A DNA stretch of 64,000 bases. It comes from an uncultured Lachnospiraceae bacterium. GTDB taxonomy: Bacteria > Bacillota > Clostridia > Lachnospirales > Lachnospiraceae. The notes beneath the pieces were generated by a model. It saw nothing but the letters and a program-made list of their open reading frames with translations, did not search any database and was not told where the DNA came from. This document shows positions 18,686 through 26,364 of the stretch, one piece after another; positions within the stretch are counted from its first letter, which is position 1, and each line of letters begins with the position of its first letter. Location: contig CANRHU010000006.1 of the NCBI GenBank assembly GCA_947630485.1, forward strand, positions 528-64,527, read 5' to 3'. A program made the position numbers and the translations under genes.

Positions 18686-19972
18686 TTACAGACGGACAAT
18701 CCCGGCCTGACAGAGAGCCTCGAGCGATTTCAGGATCCCCAGCCTGGCGTGCGGCCAGGTCAGTCCCCCCTGGAAAAACACCGTATAGGGCGGGCGGATG
18801 GGCGCGTCGGCGCTCAGCTCGATGGAGGAACCCTGCACAAAGGCCCCGGCAGCCATAATGACCGGCGAATCGTAGCCGGGCATATCCCACGGCTCCGGCT
18901 TCACATAGCTGTCTACCGGCGCCGCGGCCTGGATTCCCTCGCAGAACGCGATGACCGCCTCGGGCATCCCAAACGTAACCGCCTGGATGATGTCGTGGCG
19001 CTCTTCCGTCCCGTTCGGATGAACGGCAAACCCAAGTTTCTCATAGATATTCGCGGCGAAGACAGCGCCCTTTAGGGCACCCGCAACCACCGTCGGGGCC
19101 AGGAAAAAGCCCTGATAGAGGGACTGGTTGAGCCCAAGGCTCGCTCCGACTTCCCTCCCGAGTCCCGGCGCGCTCAGCCGGTAGGCGGCGCGGTCGACGC
19201 AGTCTTTTCTTCCGGCAATGTAGCCGCCGATCGGCGCCAGTCCGCCGCCCGGGTTTTTGATCAGCGAGCCGACGATCATATCCGCCCCTACATCGGTGGG
19301 CTCGATGGTCTCGACGAACTCGCCGTAGCAGTTGTCCACCATGCAGATCACGCCCGGTTTGATTCGTTTGACAAAGGCGATCAGCTGTCCGATCTGTTCC
19401 ACCGAGAAAGTCGGCCGGTCCGCGTAGCCCTTCGAGCGCTGAATCGTCACCAGCTTCGTCCGGTCATTGACCGCCTCCGCAATCCTTTCATAGTCAAAGG
19501 AACCGTCCGGCAGCAGGTCCACCTGACGGTAGGAAACGCCGTATTCGGCCAGGGAGCCGACGGACGGGCGTATCCCGATGACCTCCTCCAGCGTATCGTA
19601 TGGTCCGCCCGCCGGGGACAGAAGCTCGTCTCCGGGGCGGAGGTTGCCGGAAAGCGCGATGTGCAGCGCGTGGGTGCCGCTCATGAGCTGCGGCCTCACG
19701 AGGGCCGCCTCGGTATGGAAACAGGAGGCGTACACCTGCTCCAGCGTGTCGCGGCCGATATCGTTATACCCATAGCCGGTAGTGGCTGCGAAATGGATAT
19801 CGCTGACGCGGTTGTCCTGCATGGCCTTTAGGACTTTCAGCTGATTATACTCGGCCCGGGCGTCGATGGCTTCAAAGCGCGGCTTTAGCCCCGCCTCGAC
19901 CGACGCGGCAAAGCGCAGCACGCTCTCGCTGACGCCGAGGGAATGGTACATAGGATTCAAATCCGGCTGCAT
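18686..19972 (-). CDS. methionine gamma-lyase family protein (YnbB / aluminium-resistance-type PLP enzyme)
   Basis: 428 aa with an N-terminal block (IDARAEYNQLKVLKAMQDNRVSDIHFAATTGYGYND) that I recognise from YnbB-like proteins. It lies downstream of miaA, as in other Firmicutes. Confidence 0.7.
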   Translation of the reverse strand: MQPDLNPMYHSLGVSESVLRFAASVEAGLKPRFEAIDARAEYNQLKVLKAMQDNRVSDIHFAATTGYGYNDIGRDTLEQVYASCFHTEAALVRPQLMSGTHALHIALSGNLRPGDELLSPAGGPYDTLEEVIGIRPSVGSLAEYGVSYRQVDLLPDGSFDYERIAEAVNDRTKLVTIQRSKGYADRPTFSVEQIGQLIAFVKRIKPGVICMVDNCYGEFVETIEPTDVGADMIVGSLIKNPGGGLAPIGGYIAGRKDCVDRAAYRLSAPGLGREVGASLGLNQSLYQGFFLAPTVVAGALKGAVFAANIYEKLGFAVHPNGTEERHDIIQAVTFGMPEAVIAFCEGIQAAAPVDSYVKPEPWDMPGYDSPVIMAAGAFVQGSSIELSADAPIRPPYTVFFQGGLTWPHARLGILKSLEALCQAGIVRL

Positions 19973-19998
19973 GATATTCTGGTCTCCTTCCCGTCTGC

Positions 19999-20946
19999 CT
20001 ATATCATCTGTTTCTCTCTCATATCCCTTAGAATCTGTTCCAGGATTTTCGCCCTGTCATTGTCAAAATCGGGCAGATTCAGCCACCGCACATCCCTCTC
20101 CCGCTTAAACCAGGTGATCTGCCGTTTGGCAAAATGCCGGGTATCACGCTTGATGATGCGGATCGCTTCCTCCAGCGGACAGCCGCCCTCCAGATACGCC
20201 AGGATTTCCTTATACCCCAGTCCCTGCATGGAGACCATCTGCCGCGTACAGCCCATGGCGGCCAGCTTACGTACTTCCGCCACCAGCCCCTGCTCTATCA
20301 TCTGATCTACCCTCCGGTCGATCCGCCCGTAAAGAACGTCCCGGTCCGTCGTCAGGACATAGTAAAGAAAATGATAGGGGGACTCCTTCGCTCTCTGGGT
20401 CTCATTGTGGGCGGAAATGGGTTCGCCGGTCTGCCGGTAGAACTCAATCGCGCGGATCGTCCGCTTGATATTATTGGCGTGAATCATCTCCGCGGATACC
20501 GGATCGATTTCCCGAAGCATCTCGTGGAGATATTCCGGGCCGCGCTCAGCCGACAGCTGTTCCAGCTCACGCCGCAGCTCCATATCGCCGTCGTTTTCCG
20601 CAAAATCAACCGCATACAGAAGCGCCTGAATATAGAATCCGGTACCTCCGGCCACGATCGGGATATGTCCCCGGTCATAGATGCCGCGCAGCGCTTCGTT
20701 TGCCATCGCCTGAAAGGTAACGACATTGAACTCCTCGGTCGGCTCCAGCACATCGATCAGATGGTGGGGGACGCCGTCCATTTCTTCCGGAGTCACCTTG
20801 GCGGAGCCGATATCCATATGGCGGTAAACCTGCATGGAATCGGCGCTTACGATTTCCCCGCCGACCATCTTCGCCAGACGGATCGACAGGTCGGTCTTAC
20901 CGACAGCCGTGGGGCCGGTGAGTATGACAAGCGGCGGTCTAGTCAA
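19999..20946 (-). CDS. miaA: tRNA dimethylallyltransferase
   Basis: P-loop GPTAVGKT and conserved blocks (VSADSMQVYRHMDIGSAK, HHLIDV, IVAGGTGFY). Confidence 0.95.
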   Translation of the reverse strand: MTRPPLVILTGPTAVGKTDLSIRLAKMVGGEIVSADSMQVYRHMDIGSAKVTPEEMDGVPHHLIDVLEPTEEFNVVTFQAMANEALRGIYDRGHIPIVAGGTGFYIQALLYAVDFAENDGDMELRRELEQLSAERGPEYLHEMLREIDPVSAEMIHANNIKRTIRAIEFYRQTGEPISAHNETQRAKESPYHFLYYVLTTDRDVLYGRIDRRVDQMIEQGLVAEVRKLAAMGCTRQMVSMQGLGYKEILAYLEGGCPLEEAIRIIKRDTRHFAKRQITWFKRERDVRWLNLPDFDNDRAKILEQILRDMREKQMI

Positions 20947-21742
20947 GGGAAATCACTTCCATATCGTCCGGCACGAAGAGATTGCCGTGATAGTACTGCT
21001 TTCCTTCCGCCATGTAAAGCTCCTTGCGCTTTTTTATATTCTTGTCCTCCGTATGGTAAAGGATCAGGTTCTTCACGCCGAGCCGCTCCGCCAGCTCGCA
21101 GGCGTCCTTGACCGTCGAGTGGTTCTTCTTATAAGGATCGAAGATATCCGCCTGGGAATAAAGGCAGAACGCCTCGTGCAGCAGCCAGTCGCTGCCGGAA
21201 GCGTAAGGCTCCTCATAGTCGCAGTAGGGCTCGTCTCCGCAGCACGTCAGCTTCTTCCCATCGCCGTATTCCACCGTAAAGCCGTACTGTTTCGCCTTAT
21301 TGGACTGGATATCAAATACCCGGAAGCGGCGTCCCATCGCCTCGAATTCGTCTCCGTCCGCGAGGGTCACAAAATGCAGACGCTCCCCGATAAAATGCAG
21401 CGTCTTCTTCTCCAGCACCATCTCCGCAATCTTCGTCAGGATATCGATCACCTCGTCGTGGGCGTAAATCCAGGCCTCGCCGTCATATTTGCCCCGGTGC
21501 ATATTCTGGGTAATCAGCCGGATCATCCATACGATTCCCAGCAGATGGTCAATATGCTTGTGCGTCACAAAAATGTGGCGCATATCCTTCCAGTCATAGC
21601 CGGCGGCCTTCAGACGGTGCAGCACCTCGTTGCCGCCTCCTCCGTCCACCATCAGATACTGCCCCGCGTCTTCCAGGACAAAGCACGTGTTATAGCATTC
21701 CGTCACGGCAGCGTTGCCGGTTCCTAATAGAGTGATCTTCAA
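20939..21742 (-). CDS. MBL-fold metallo-hydrolase
   Basis: ORF 20939..21823. A TTG start at 21742 (GAGGAA RBS) gives MKITLLGTGNA. Metal motif HKHIDH is present. It overlaps the miaA start by 8 nt. Confidence 0.75.
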   Translation of the reverse strand: MKITLLGTGNAAVTECYNTCFVLEDAGQYLMVDGGGGNEVLHRLKAAGYDWKDMRHIFVTHKHIDHLLGIVWMIRLITQNMHRGKYDGEAWIYAHDEVIDILTKIAEMVLEKKTLHFIGERLHFVTLADGDEFEAMGRRFRVFDIQSNKAKQYGFTVEYGDGKKLTCCGDEPYCDYEEPYASGSDWLLHEAFCLYSQADIFDPYKKNHSTVKDACELAERLGVKNLILYHTEDKNIKKRKELYMAEGKQYYHGNLFVPDDMEVISLD

Positions 21743-21793
21743 ATGGGATTCCTCGCTTTCTCTGTCGGTGCGCGATGCCGCGGCGCATCGCGT

Positions 21794-21825
21794 GGAAAAG
21801 TGGAGCCGCGCCCGCAGCTCCACTT
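21794..21825 (-). terminator. rho-independent terminator after the YhfC-like gene
   Basis: Stem gtggagc/gctccac (7 bp, 10-nt loop). On the minus strand it is followed by TTTT. Confidence 0.6.
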
Positions 21826-21853
21826 AATAGGATACCTTATTCTTCTGGTAAAA

Positions 21854-22645
21854 TCAAGAAGGAAGTTTCTCTCCCCAGCAGATTCGGAACGCGCCCCAGA
21901 TTGCCGCCGCGGAAACCGCGGCAAGCGCCAGCTCCACCGCCAGCGTCGGCAAGAATTCCGCCGCGATCACCGTAAAGAAATCTACCAGGAAATGAATACC
22001 GAAGGCCAGAAGCAGACAGTCCTTCCTCCCGTCCTTCACCGCGCGGAACACAAAGAGCGACAGGCCGATCTGCAGCGCCAGGGCAGAAACGCGTTCCAGG
22101 CCGCCCATATAGAACAAATAGGCGGGCGTCTGCCACAGCGCCGTCAGCTGCTCATAGGTCAGCTGGGCCGTCGCCGCGTCCAGCTGGGCCATGACCTCCG
22201 AGATGCCGCCGTTATTGATCATTGACGCTGTGAGCAGATTATTGACGGAAACCATGCCCATCAGCATAATCGCTTCGACACCTCCGTGACCCACGCCGTA
22301 CATCAGGGCATTTTCACGGGTCAGATTGTTTTTCATAAAGAAGCGCATCGCGGCATAACGCCCCGTCTCCTCAAACAGCGCCGCGGCCAGGCCGCCGTAC
22401 AGCGCGTAGAGGAAGATATGGGAGTTCAGCGCCGCTCCCGCGACGGTCAGCACCACCGCGTGCAGAATCTGTTCCAGAATCATCGCGAAGATGATAAATG
22501 TCCCCGCGCCGACAAAAATGGTCATCACCTGACCCTTAAACTTCCTGCTGAATATCACCGCCAACAGAATCGGCAGTCCGACGGATACGATCAATGAAAA
22601 TACCATACCGGCCATGCTGGCCGCTGAAACCGTTCCCCATTCCAT
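21854..22645 (-). CDS. YhfC-family (CPBP-related) intramembrane glutamic metalloprotease
   Basis: Seven to eight TM segments with CPBP-type motifs FEETGRY (EExxxR), GVGHGGVE and IHFLVD. An RBS lies 20 nt after the SdpI-like stop. Confidence 0.7.
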   Translation of the reverse strand: MEWGTVSAASMAGMVFSLIVSVGLPILLAVIFSRKFKGQVMTIFVGAGTFIIFAMILEQILHAVVLTVAGAALNSHIFLYALYGGLAAALFEETGRYAAMRFFMKNNLTRENALMYGVGHGGVEAIMLMGMVSVNNLLTASMINNGGISEVMAQLDAATAQLTYEQLTALWQTPAYLFYMGGLERVSALALQIGLSLFVFRAVKDGRKDCLLLAFGIHFLVDFFTVIAAEFLPTLAVELALAAVSAAAIWGAFRICWGEKLPS

Positions 22646-22665
22646 AGGTCCTTTTCCTCCTGCAA

Positions 22666-23814
22666 TTAATTAGATTCCTCAGCCTTCAGACGTTCATAGA
22701 TTGCCAGCGTCTCCTCCTCGTCTTTCCCGTTCAGAACCAGCGTTTCGCCGTCTGTTTTAATCACCAGACAAGGGCTGCTGCCCACGTAGGTATAGCGTGT
22801 GTACGAACCGAACTCTTCATTCTCAAACGTCCCCATTCCCAGCCGCGCGCTTCCGAAGCCGAAGCTCCGATAACCCGATACGCCGTTCTCCCTCAGTTCC
22901 ACACTGTCGATCTCATCGTAGGCTACCGTCAGATCGTTCCAATAGCTGGCCCTGATCGTGAAGGCGTCGTCCGCAAATTCAACGCGGATGTTTCCGGTAA
23001 ACAGAAGCACCGCCATTCCGATGAAGATCACGGCGAGAATTCCGAGGGAGGCCGCGGTGACCGCCGCATATGGGCCTTTCAGCTTTTCCCCCGCAGCCGC
23101 GCGGCCATCCGCCTGGCCGGCCCGCAATCCCTGCGCATTCGGCGCTTTCCCCGCCTTTTTCTGCCTCCGGTAATACAGATACGAATAGGCAATCGGTGCA
23201 GCCGCAATCGCCAACAGCGCTGCGGGCACGATCCTATGGCCGAACGTCCCCGGCAGGAAGCCGCCGATCAGCGTCAGAAATCCGCCCGCAACCCATACCC
23301 TTCCGCCGAACCGATGGGTTGCGTTCCAGTTTTCTTCGTCCGTCAGCGTCCACGGCACACGAATTCCTACCGTATGGTTTTGTCTGGTCTTGGGCAGATA
23401 ATTTCCCAAAACGATAAACAAAATCCCAAGACCCGCGGATATGCCCAGACTCTGACCGGTGCGGGCGCCGATAAAAATCCGGTACAGCGTTCCGCAGCTG
23501 AAAATCGATATGATCGGACAGAGCCAGAAGACAAAGCCTATCATCTGCTGATTCCGCTCCCGGTTCTTCGGATCGCGAAGCGTGAACCAGATCATGAGAA
23601 AATGGTTCGCCAGACAGAACAGGGATGAAACAAGCATCGCTTTCAGCCGTCCGTCCGCGACCGCTGCCGCAGTCTTTCCGCTTTCGCCCGCCGCGCCGCC
23701 TGCCAGCAGGCAAAGCCCTGCAGCGACCGGCAGAACTACCAGAATCGACGACAGAATCATCTGCCACCTGTACTGCCTAAGCATCATCGAGAAATCTTCT
23801 TCCAAACGCCGCAT
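22666..23814 (-). CDS. SdpI-family membrane protein with a C-terminal PH-like soluble domain
   Basis: Multi-TM N-terminal half containing the SdpI hallmark (NHTVGIRVPWTLTDEENWNATHRFGG). After two more TM segments comes a beta-rich module of about 110 aa. Its ATG directly abuts the regulator's TGA. Confidence 0.6.
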   Translation of the reverse strand: MRRLEEDFSMMLRQYRWQMILSSILVVLPVAAGLCLLAGGAAGESGKTAAAVADGRLKAMLVSSLFCLANHFLMIWFTLRDPKNRERNQQMIGFVFWLCPIISIFSCGTLYRIFIGARTGQSLGISAGLGILFIVLGNYLPKTRQNHTVGIRVPWTLTDEENWNATHRFGGRVWVAGGFLTLIGGFLPGTFGHRIVPAALLAIAAAPIAYSYLYYRRQKKAGKAPNAQGLRAGQADGRAAAGEKLKGPYAAVTAASLGILAVIFIGMAVLLFTGNIRVEFADDAFTIRASYWNDLTVAYDEIDSVELRENGVSGYRSFGFGSARLGMGTFENEEFGSYTRYTYVGSSPCLVIKTDGETLVLNGKDEEETLAIYERLKAEESN

Positions 23815-24117
23815 TCATTCCTCCTTTACAGGGCCGAAATCCATGACGCGGCCGTTCTCTTCCATCAGATCCGAAAGCCAGAGCATGATCTCCTCCAGAA
23901 CCGATACGTTCAGTTCATAGAAAATGTATTTGCCCTCCCGCTGATCCCAGATCAGATCCGCCTCCTTTAAGACCGACAGATGCCTGGAAACAGACGCGCC
24001 GCTGACCGGGAAATGCTCTGCGATCTCACCGGCCGACATCCGGCCTGATTTCAGCAGATTTAAGATTTCCCGCCTCGTCGGATCCGCTAACGCCCTCAAT
24101 GTGTCCTGAAGTCCCAT
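23815..24117 (-). CDS. ArsR/SmtB-family autorepressor, SdpR-like
   Basis: 100 aa with a wHTH segment (LADPTRREILNLLKSGRMSAGEIAEHFPVSGASVSRHLSVLKEADLI). It is the first gene of the three-gene unit. Confidence 0.8.
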   Translation of the reverse strand: MGLQDTLRALADPTRREILNLLKSGRMSAGEIAEHFPVSGASVSRHLSVLKEADLIWDQREGKYIFYELNVSVLEEIMLWLSDLMEENGRVMDFGPVKEE

Positions 24118-24134
24118 GAGAATCCGCCTCCATA

Positions 24135-24159
24135 TTTAACATTTAGTTTAAATGTTAAA
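24135..24159. promoter_or_regulatory. perfect 11-bp inverted repeat (TTTAACATTTA-gtt-TAAATGTTAAA), candidate SdpR-like operator
   Basis: Read directly from the sequence. It lies between the predicted -10 and the RBS of the ArsR/SdpR-like gene. Confidence 0.6.
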
Positions 24160-24162
24160 TGT

Positions 24163-24191
24163 AGTATAACATGCAGGCTCCCGAATGTCAA
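24163..24191 (-). promoter_or_regulatory. sigma-A-type promoter of the SdpR-like operon (TTGACA-17 nt-TATACT)
   Basis: Minus-strand reading: TTGACA, ttcgggagcctgcatgt (17 nt), TATACT. Confidence 0.55.
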
Positions 24192-24199
24192 CTCCTTCT

Positions 24200-24262
24200 C
24201 CGCAAATGATAAAGACGCAAAGAATAAAGAGACAAAGGATAAACGCGCAAAGGATATAAACG
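24200..24262. repeat. four tandem degenerate 15-17-nt repeats (minus strand: sTTTATnCTTTGyGy)
   Basis: Minus-strand reading: GTTTATATCCTTTGCGC, GTTTATCCTTTGTCT, CTTTATTCTTTGCGT, CTTTATCATTTGCGG. The array ends 9 nt upstream of the -35. Confidence 0.6.
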
Positions 24263-24279
24263 GCCGAATCAAGGCACGC

Positions 24280-24320
24280 AAAAGCCGCTGCCTTCGCCGG
24301 CATACGGTTTCGGCAGCGGC
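24280..24320 (-). terminator. rho-independent terminator after the anti-sigma gene
   Basis: 9-bp stem gccgctgcc/ggcagcggc. On the minus strand it is followed by TTTT. Confidence 0.6.
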
Positions 24321-24342
24321 ACATTTCCTTTTTCCCGGCTGG

Positions 24343-25554
24343 CTACTTCACCGGAACCATGTAGTAACTGTTCTCCCCCCGCGGTTTTCCCGCCTCGGCG
24401 GGATTCGGCAGAACCAGCGCCTCCACCTGGTCCAGATCGACGACCCTGTCGAACGGATACATCATGCGGTATTCCGCCCTGGTATCATCCGTAAAGGATC
24501 CTCCCCCGCCGTCCGCAAGGAACGGAAGCACACTTCCGTCTTTGAAGCGAAGACCGCACGGATACGCCAGGTTTGAGACAAATTCGGAATCCGTTCCGGC
24601 CGGCACGGACAGTACCGCGCGTAGCGAAACCGGCGATATCTCCAGCTGCTTTACCGTAATCCCGGTATCGCCGACCGCGGCGGCGGCGGTAAACGTCCGG
24701 TAGACGTCGTTTCCGGAAAGCGGAATCACAAAGTCCCAGGTGCCCTCCGCCAGCTTCTGAAACGCCGCGCGCTCCAGAGTCCCGAGATTGCTTAAAGTAA
24801 TATGAAGCTCACGCCCCAGAAAGCTGTCGTCCATGTCCGCCGATATCTGTACGATAAATTCCATTGTGCCGTTCTCGTCCGTATAGCGCGGCACGACAGG
24901 GCCGTCAGCGTCCGCCCGATCATAGGAAACCGGATGACCGCTGCCGTCTGAGACGATTCCGTCAAAAAAGCTGAAGCAGGCGTTAAACCAGCTGATTCGG
25001 CCGCTCAGGTCGTCGCCAAATCCATGGAAATCAACGGTTTCAAACCCGGGTTCAGCCCCTTCTTCCAGAGAAAAGCCGTCCACTGCAAAGGATATCCAAA
25101 TGCAGTCGCTGGCCGCGACCATTGTGCGCGGGCATACGGTGATGCCGTTTGAAGTGACAGGGGCGACGTTCAGCGCGTCACTGGCGCTCTGTTCGCCTGA
25201 AAATACGGAAGGCGCGTCATCAATGTCCTCTCCGCCCGGGAATACAAGCGCTATCCCCTGCTCCTCCAGCGCCTTCTGCTGCTGCGGCTGCGCCTGCAGT
25301 GCGCCGCTCATTCCGCGGCCCCAATGGGAATAGACGGCCGCGGCCGTCGTGATCACGCCCGCCGCCAGAAGCGCCGCACATGCCGCCGCGGCCGCGCCGC
25401 GCCGGAAACGCCGAGGCCGCCAGCCGTAAACTCTGGCTGTCTGCTTTTCCGGAGTCCCCTGAATCTGTCGGAACGCCGCGGCCATTTTTTTACTCACCAC
25501 ATCCGGCAGCTCCACTTCTTCTCTAAATACATAAAATTCTCTGTTCCTCATCAT
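24343..25554 (-). CDS. anti-sigma factor-like membrane protein (DUF4179-type architecture)
   Basis: ORF 24343..25827, trimmed to MMRNREFYVF (AGGAGG between the sigma stop and this ATG). It has a short cytoplasmic N-terminus, one TM segment (AAAACAALLAAGVITTAAAVY) and a large extracytoplasmic domain. Confidence 0.6.
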   Translation of the reverse strand: MMRNREFYVFREEVELPDVVSKKMAAAFRQIQGTPEKQTARVYGWRPRRFRRGAAAAACAALLAAGVITTAAAVYSHWGRGMSGALQAQPQQQKALEEQGIALVFPGGEDIDDAPSVFSGEQSASDALNVAPVTSNGITVCPRTMVAASDCIWISFAVDGFSLEEGAEPGFETVDFHGFGDDLSGRISWFNACFSFFDGIVSDGSGHPVSYDRADADGPVVPRYTDENGTMEFIVQISADMDDSFLGRELHITLSNLGTLERAAFQKLAEGTWDFVIPLSGNDVYRTFTAAAAVGDTGITVKQLEISPVSLRAVLSVPAGTDSEFVSNLAYPCGLRFKDGSVLPFLADGGGGSFTDDTRAEYRMMYPFDRVVDLDQVEALVLPNPAEAGKPRGENSYYMVPVK

Positions 25555-25564
25555 GCCGCTCCTC

Positions 25565-26104
25565 CTATTCTCCGTCTCCGTAATACTTCGCCAGCTTTTC
25601 TCTCCCGCGCTGCAGCCGTGTCTGAACCGTACTTTTCGGAACCCGCAGAAGCTGCGCGATCTCGTCGGTCCTGTAACCTTCCGCGTAAAAGAGAACCATA
25701 ACGGCGCGGTATTTCTCATCGAGAGCCCCCAGCGCCTCCTTAAGCTCCAGATTGTAATGATCCTCCCGCGCCGGTTCCGGAATCTCCTCCGCGTCCGCGT
25801 AATGACTTCGCGCGTCCCGCAGGTCATAGCATTTGCGGATCAGGATTCTGGTCATCCAGGTGCCAAAATACCGTTCCTCGCGCAGCGTGTGTATCTTTTC
25901 CCAACAGGCCAGGATCGTGTCCTGAATCGCGTCGGCTGCGTCCTCGTCATTGAGAAGAATCGCCAGCGCGACCCGGTACATCTTTTTCGCGTGAAGCTGC
26001 ATCAGGCTGACGAACGCGTCCGGATCCCGCTTCTTTGCGCGTGCGATGAGCTGCTCTTCGGAAATCTTCCCTTCCGCTTTCAAATGTATCTCCGTTGTCT
26101 CCAT
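25565..26104 (-). CDS. ECF-type sigma-70 family RNA polymerase sigma factor
   Basis: Region 2 (DAEDAADAIQDTILACWEKIHTL...YFGTWMTRILIRKCYD) and region 4 HTH (YRTDEIAQLLRVPKSTVQTRLQRGREKL). Confidence 0.85.
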   Translation of the reverse strand: METTEIHLKAEGKISEEQLIARAKKRDPDAFVSLMQLHAKKMYRVALAILLNDEDAADAIQDTILACWEKIHTLREERYFGTWMTRILIRKCYDLRDARSHYADAEEIPEPAREDHYNLELKEALGALDEKYRAVMVLFYAEGYRTDEIAQLLRVPKSTVQTRLQRGREKLAKYYGDGE

Positions 26105-26284
26105 AGGCTCTTCCTATGCCTTTCTGTCTGGTTTGTCTGCGGCAGACGGAGTTGCCCCCTATGCCGCTGTGTGTCTGTGATTTATAATGCTGCAATTTTC
26201 GTGAACGCTCACTGTCTCGTATACATCTATTAGACGGGGAGACTAGCCCGAAAATCCCATGTCAAAAAGAAAAATATATGCATG

Positions 26285-26326
26285 GAAATAAAAGCAGAGA
26301 CAATCCGCATTGTGGGACTGTCTCTG
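26285..26326 (-). terminator. rho-independent terminator after the lipoprotein gene
   Basis: Stem gcagagaca/tgtctctg(t). On the minus strand it is followed by CTTTTATTT. Confidence 0.6.
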
Positions 26327-26364
26327 TATTCCCCCAAATGTATGAAACCAGGAGTTTCCCGCCG

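Noticed and set aside
24096-24281. A 61-aa hydrophobic ORF (TTG start) covering the repeat array, promoter and operator upstream of the SdpR-like gene. It was tempting as a small toxin or peptide gene.
   Set aside because: Its repetitive LSF pattern is simply the translation of the DNA repeats. It starts inside the upstream terminator's U-run, has no RBS, and would have to be transcribed from upstream of the promoter it contains.
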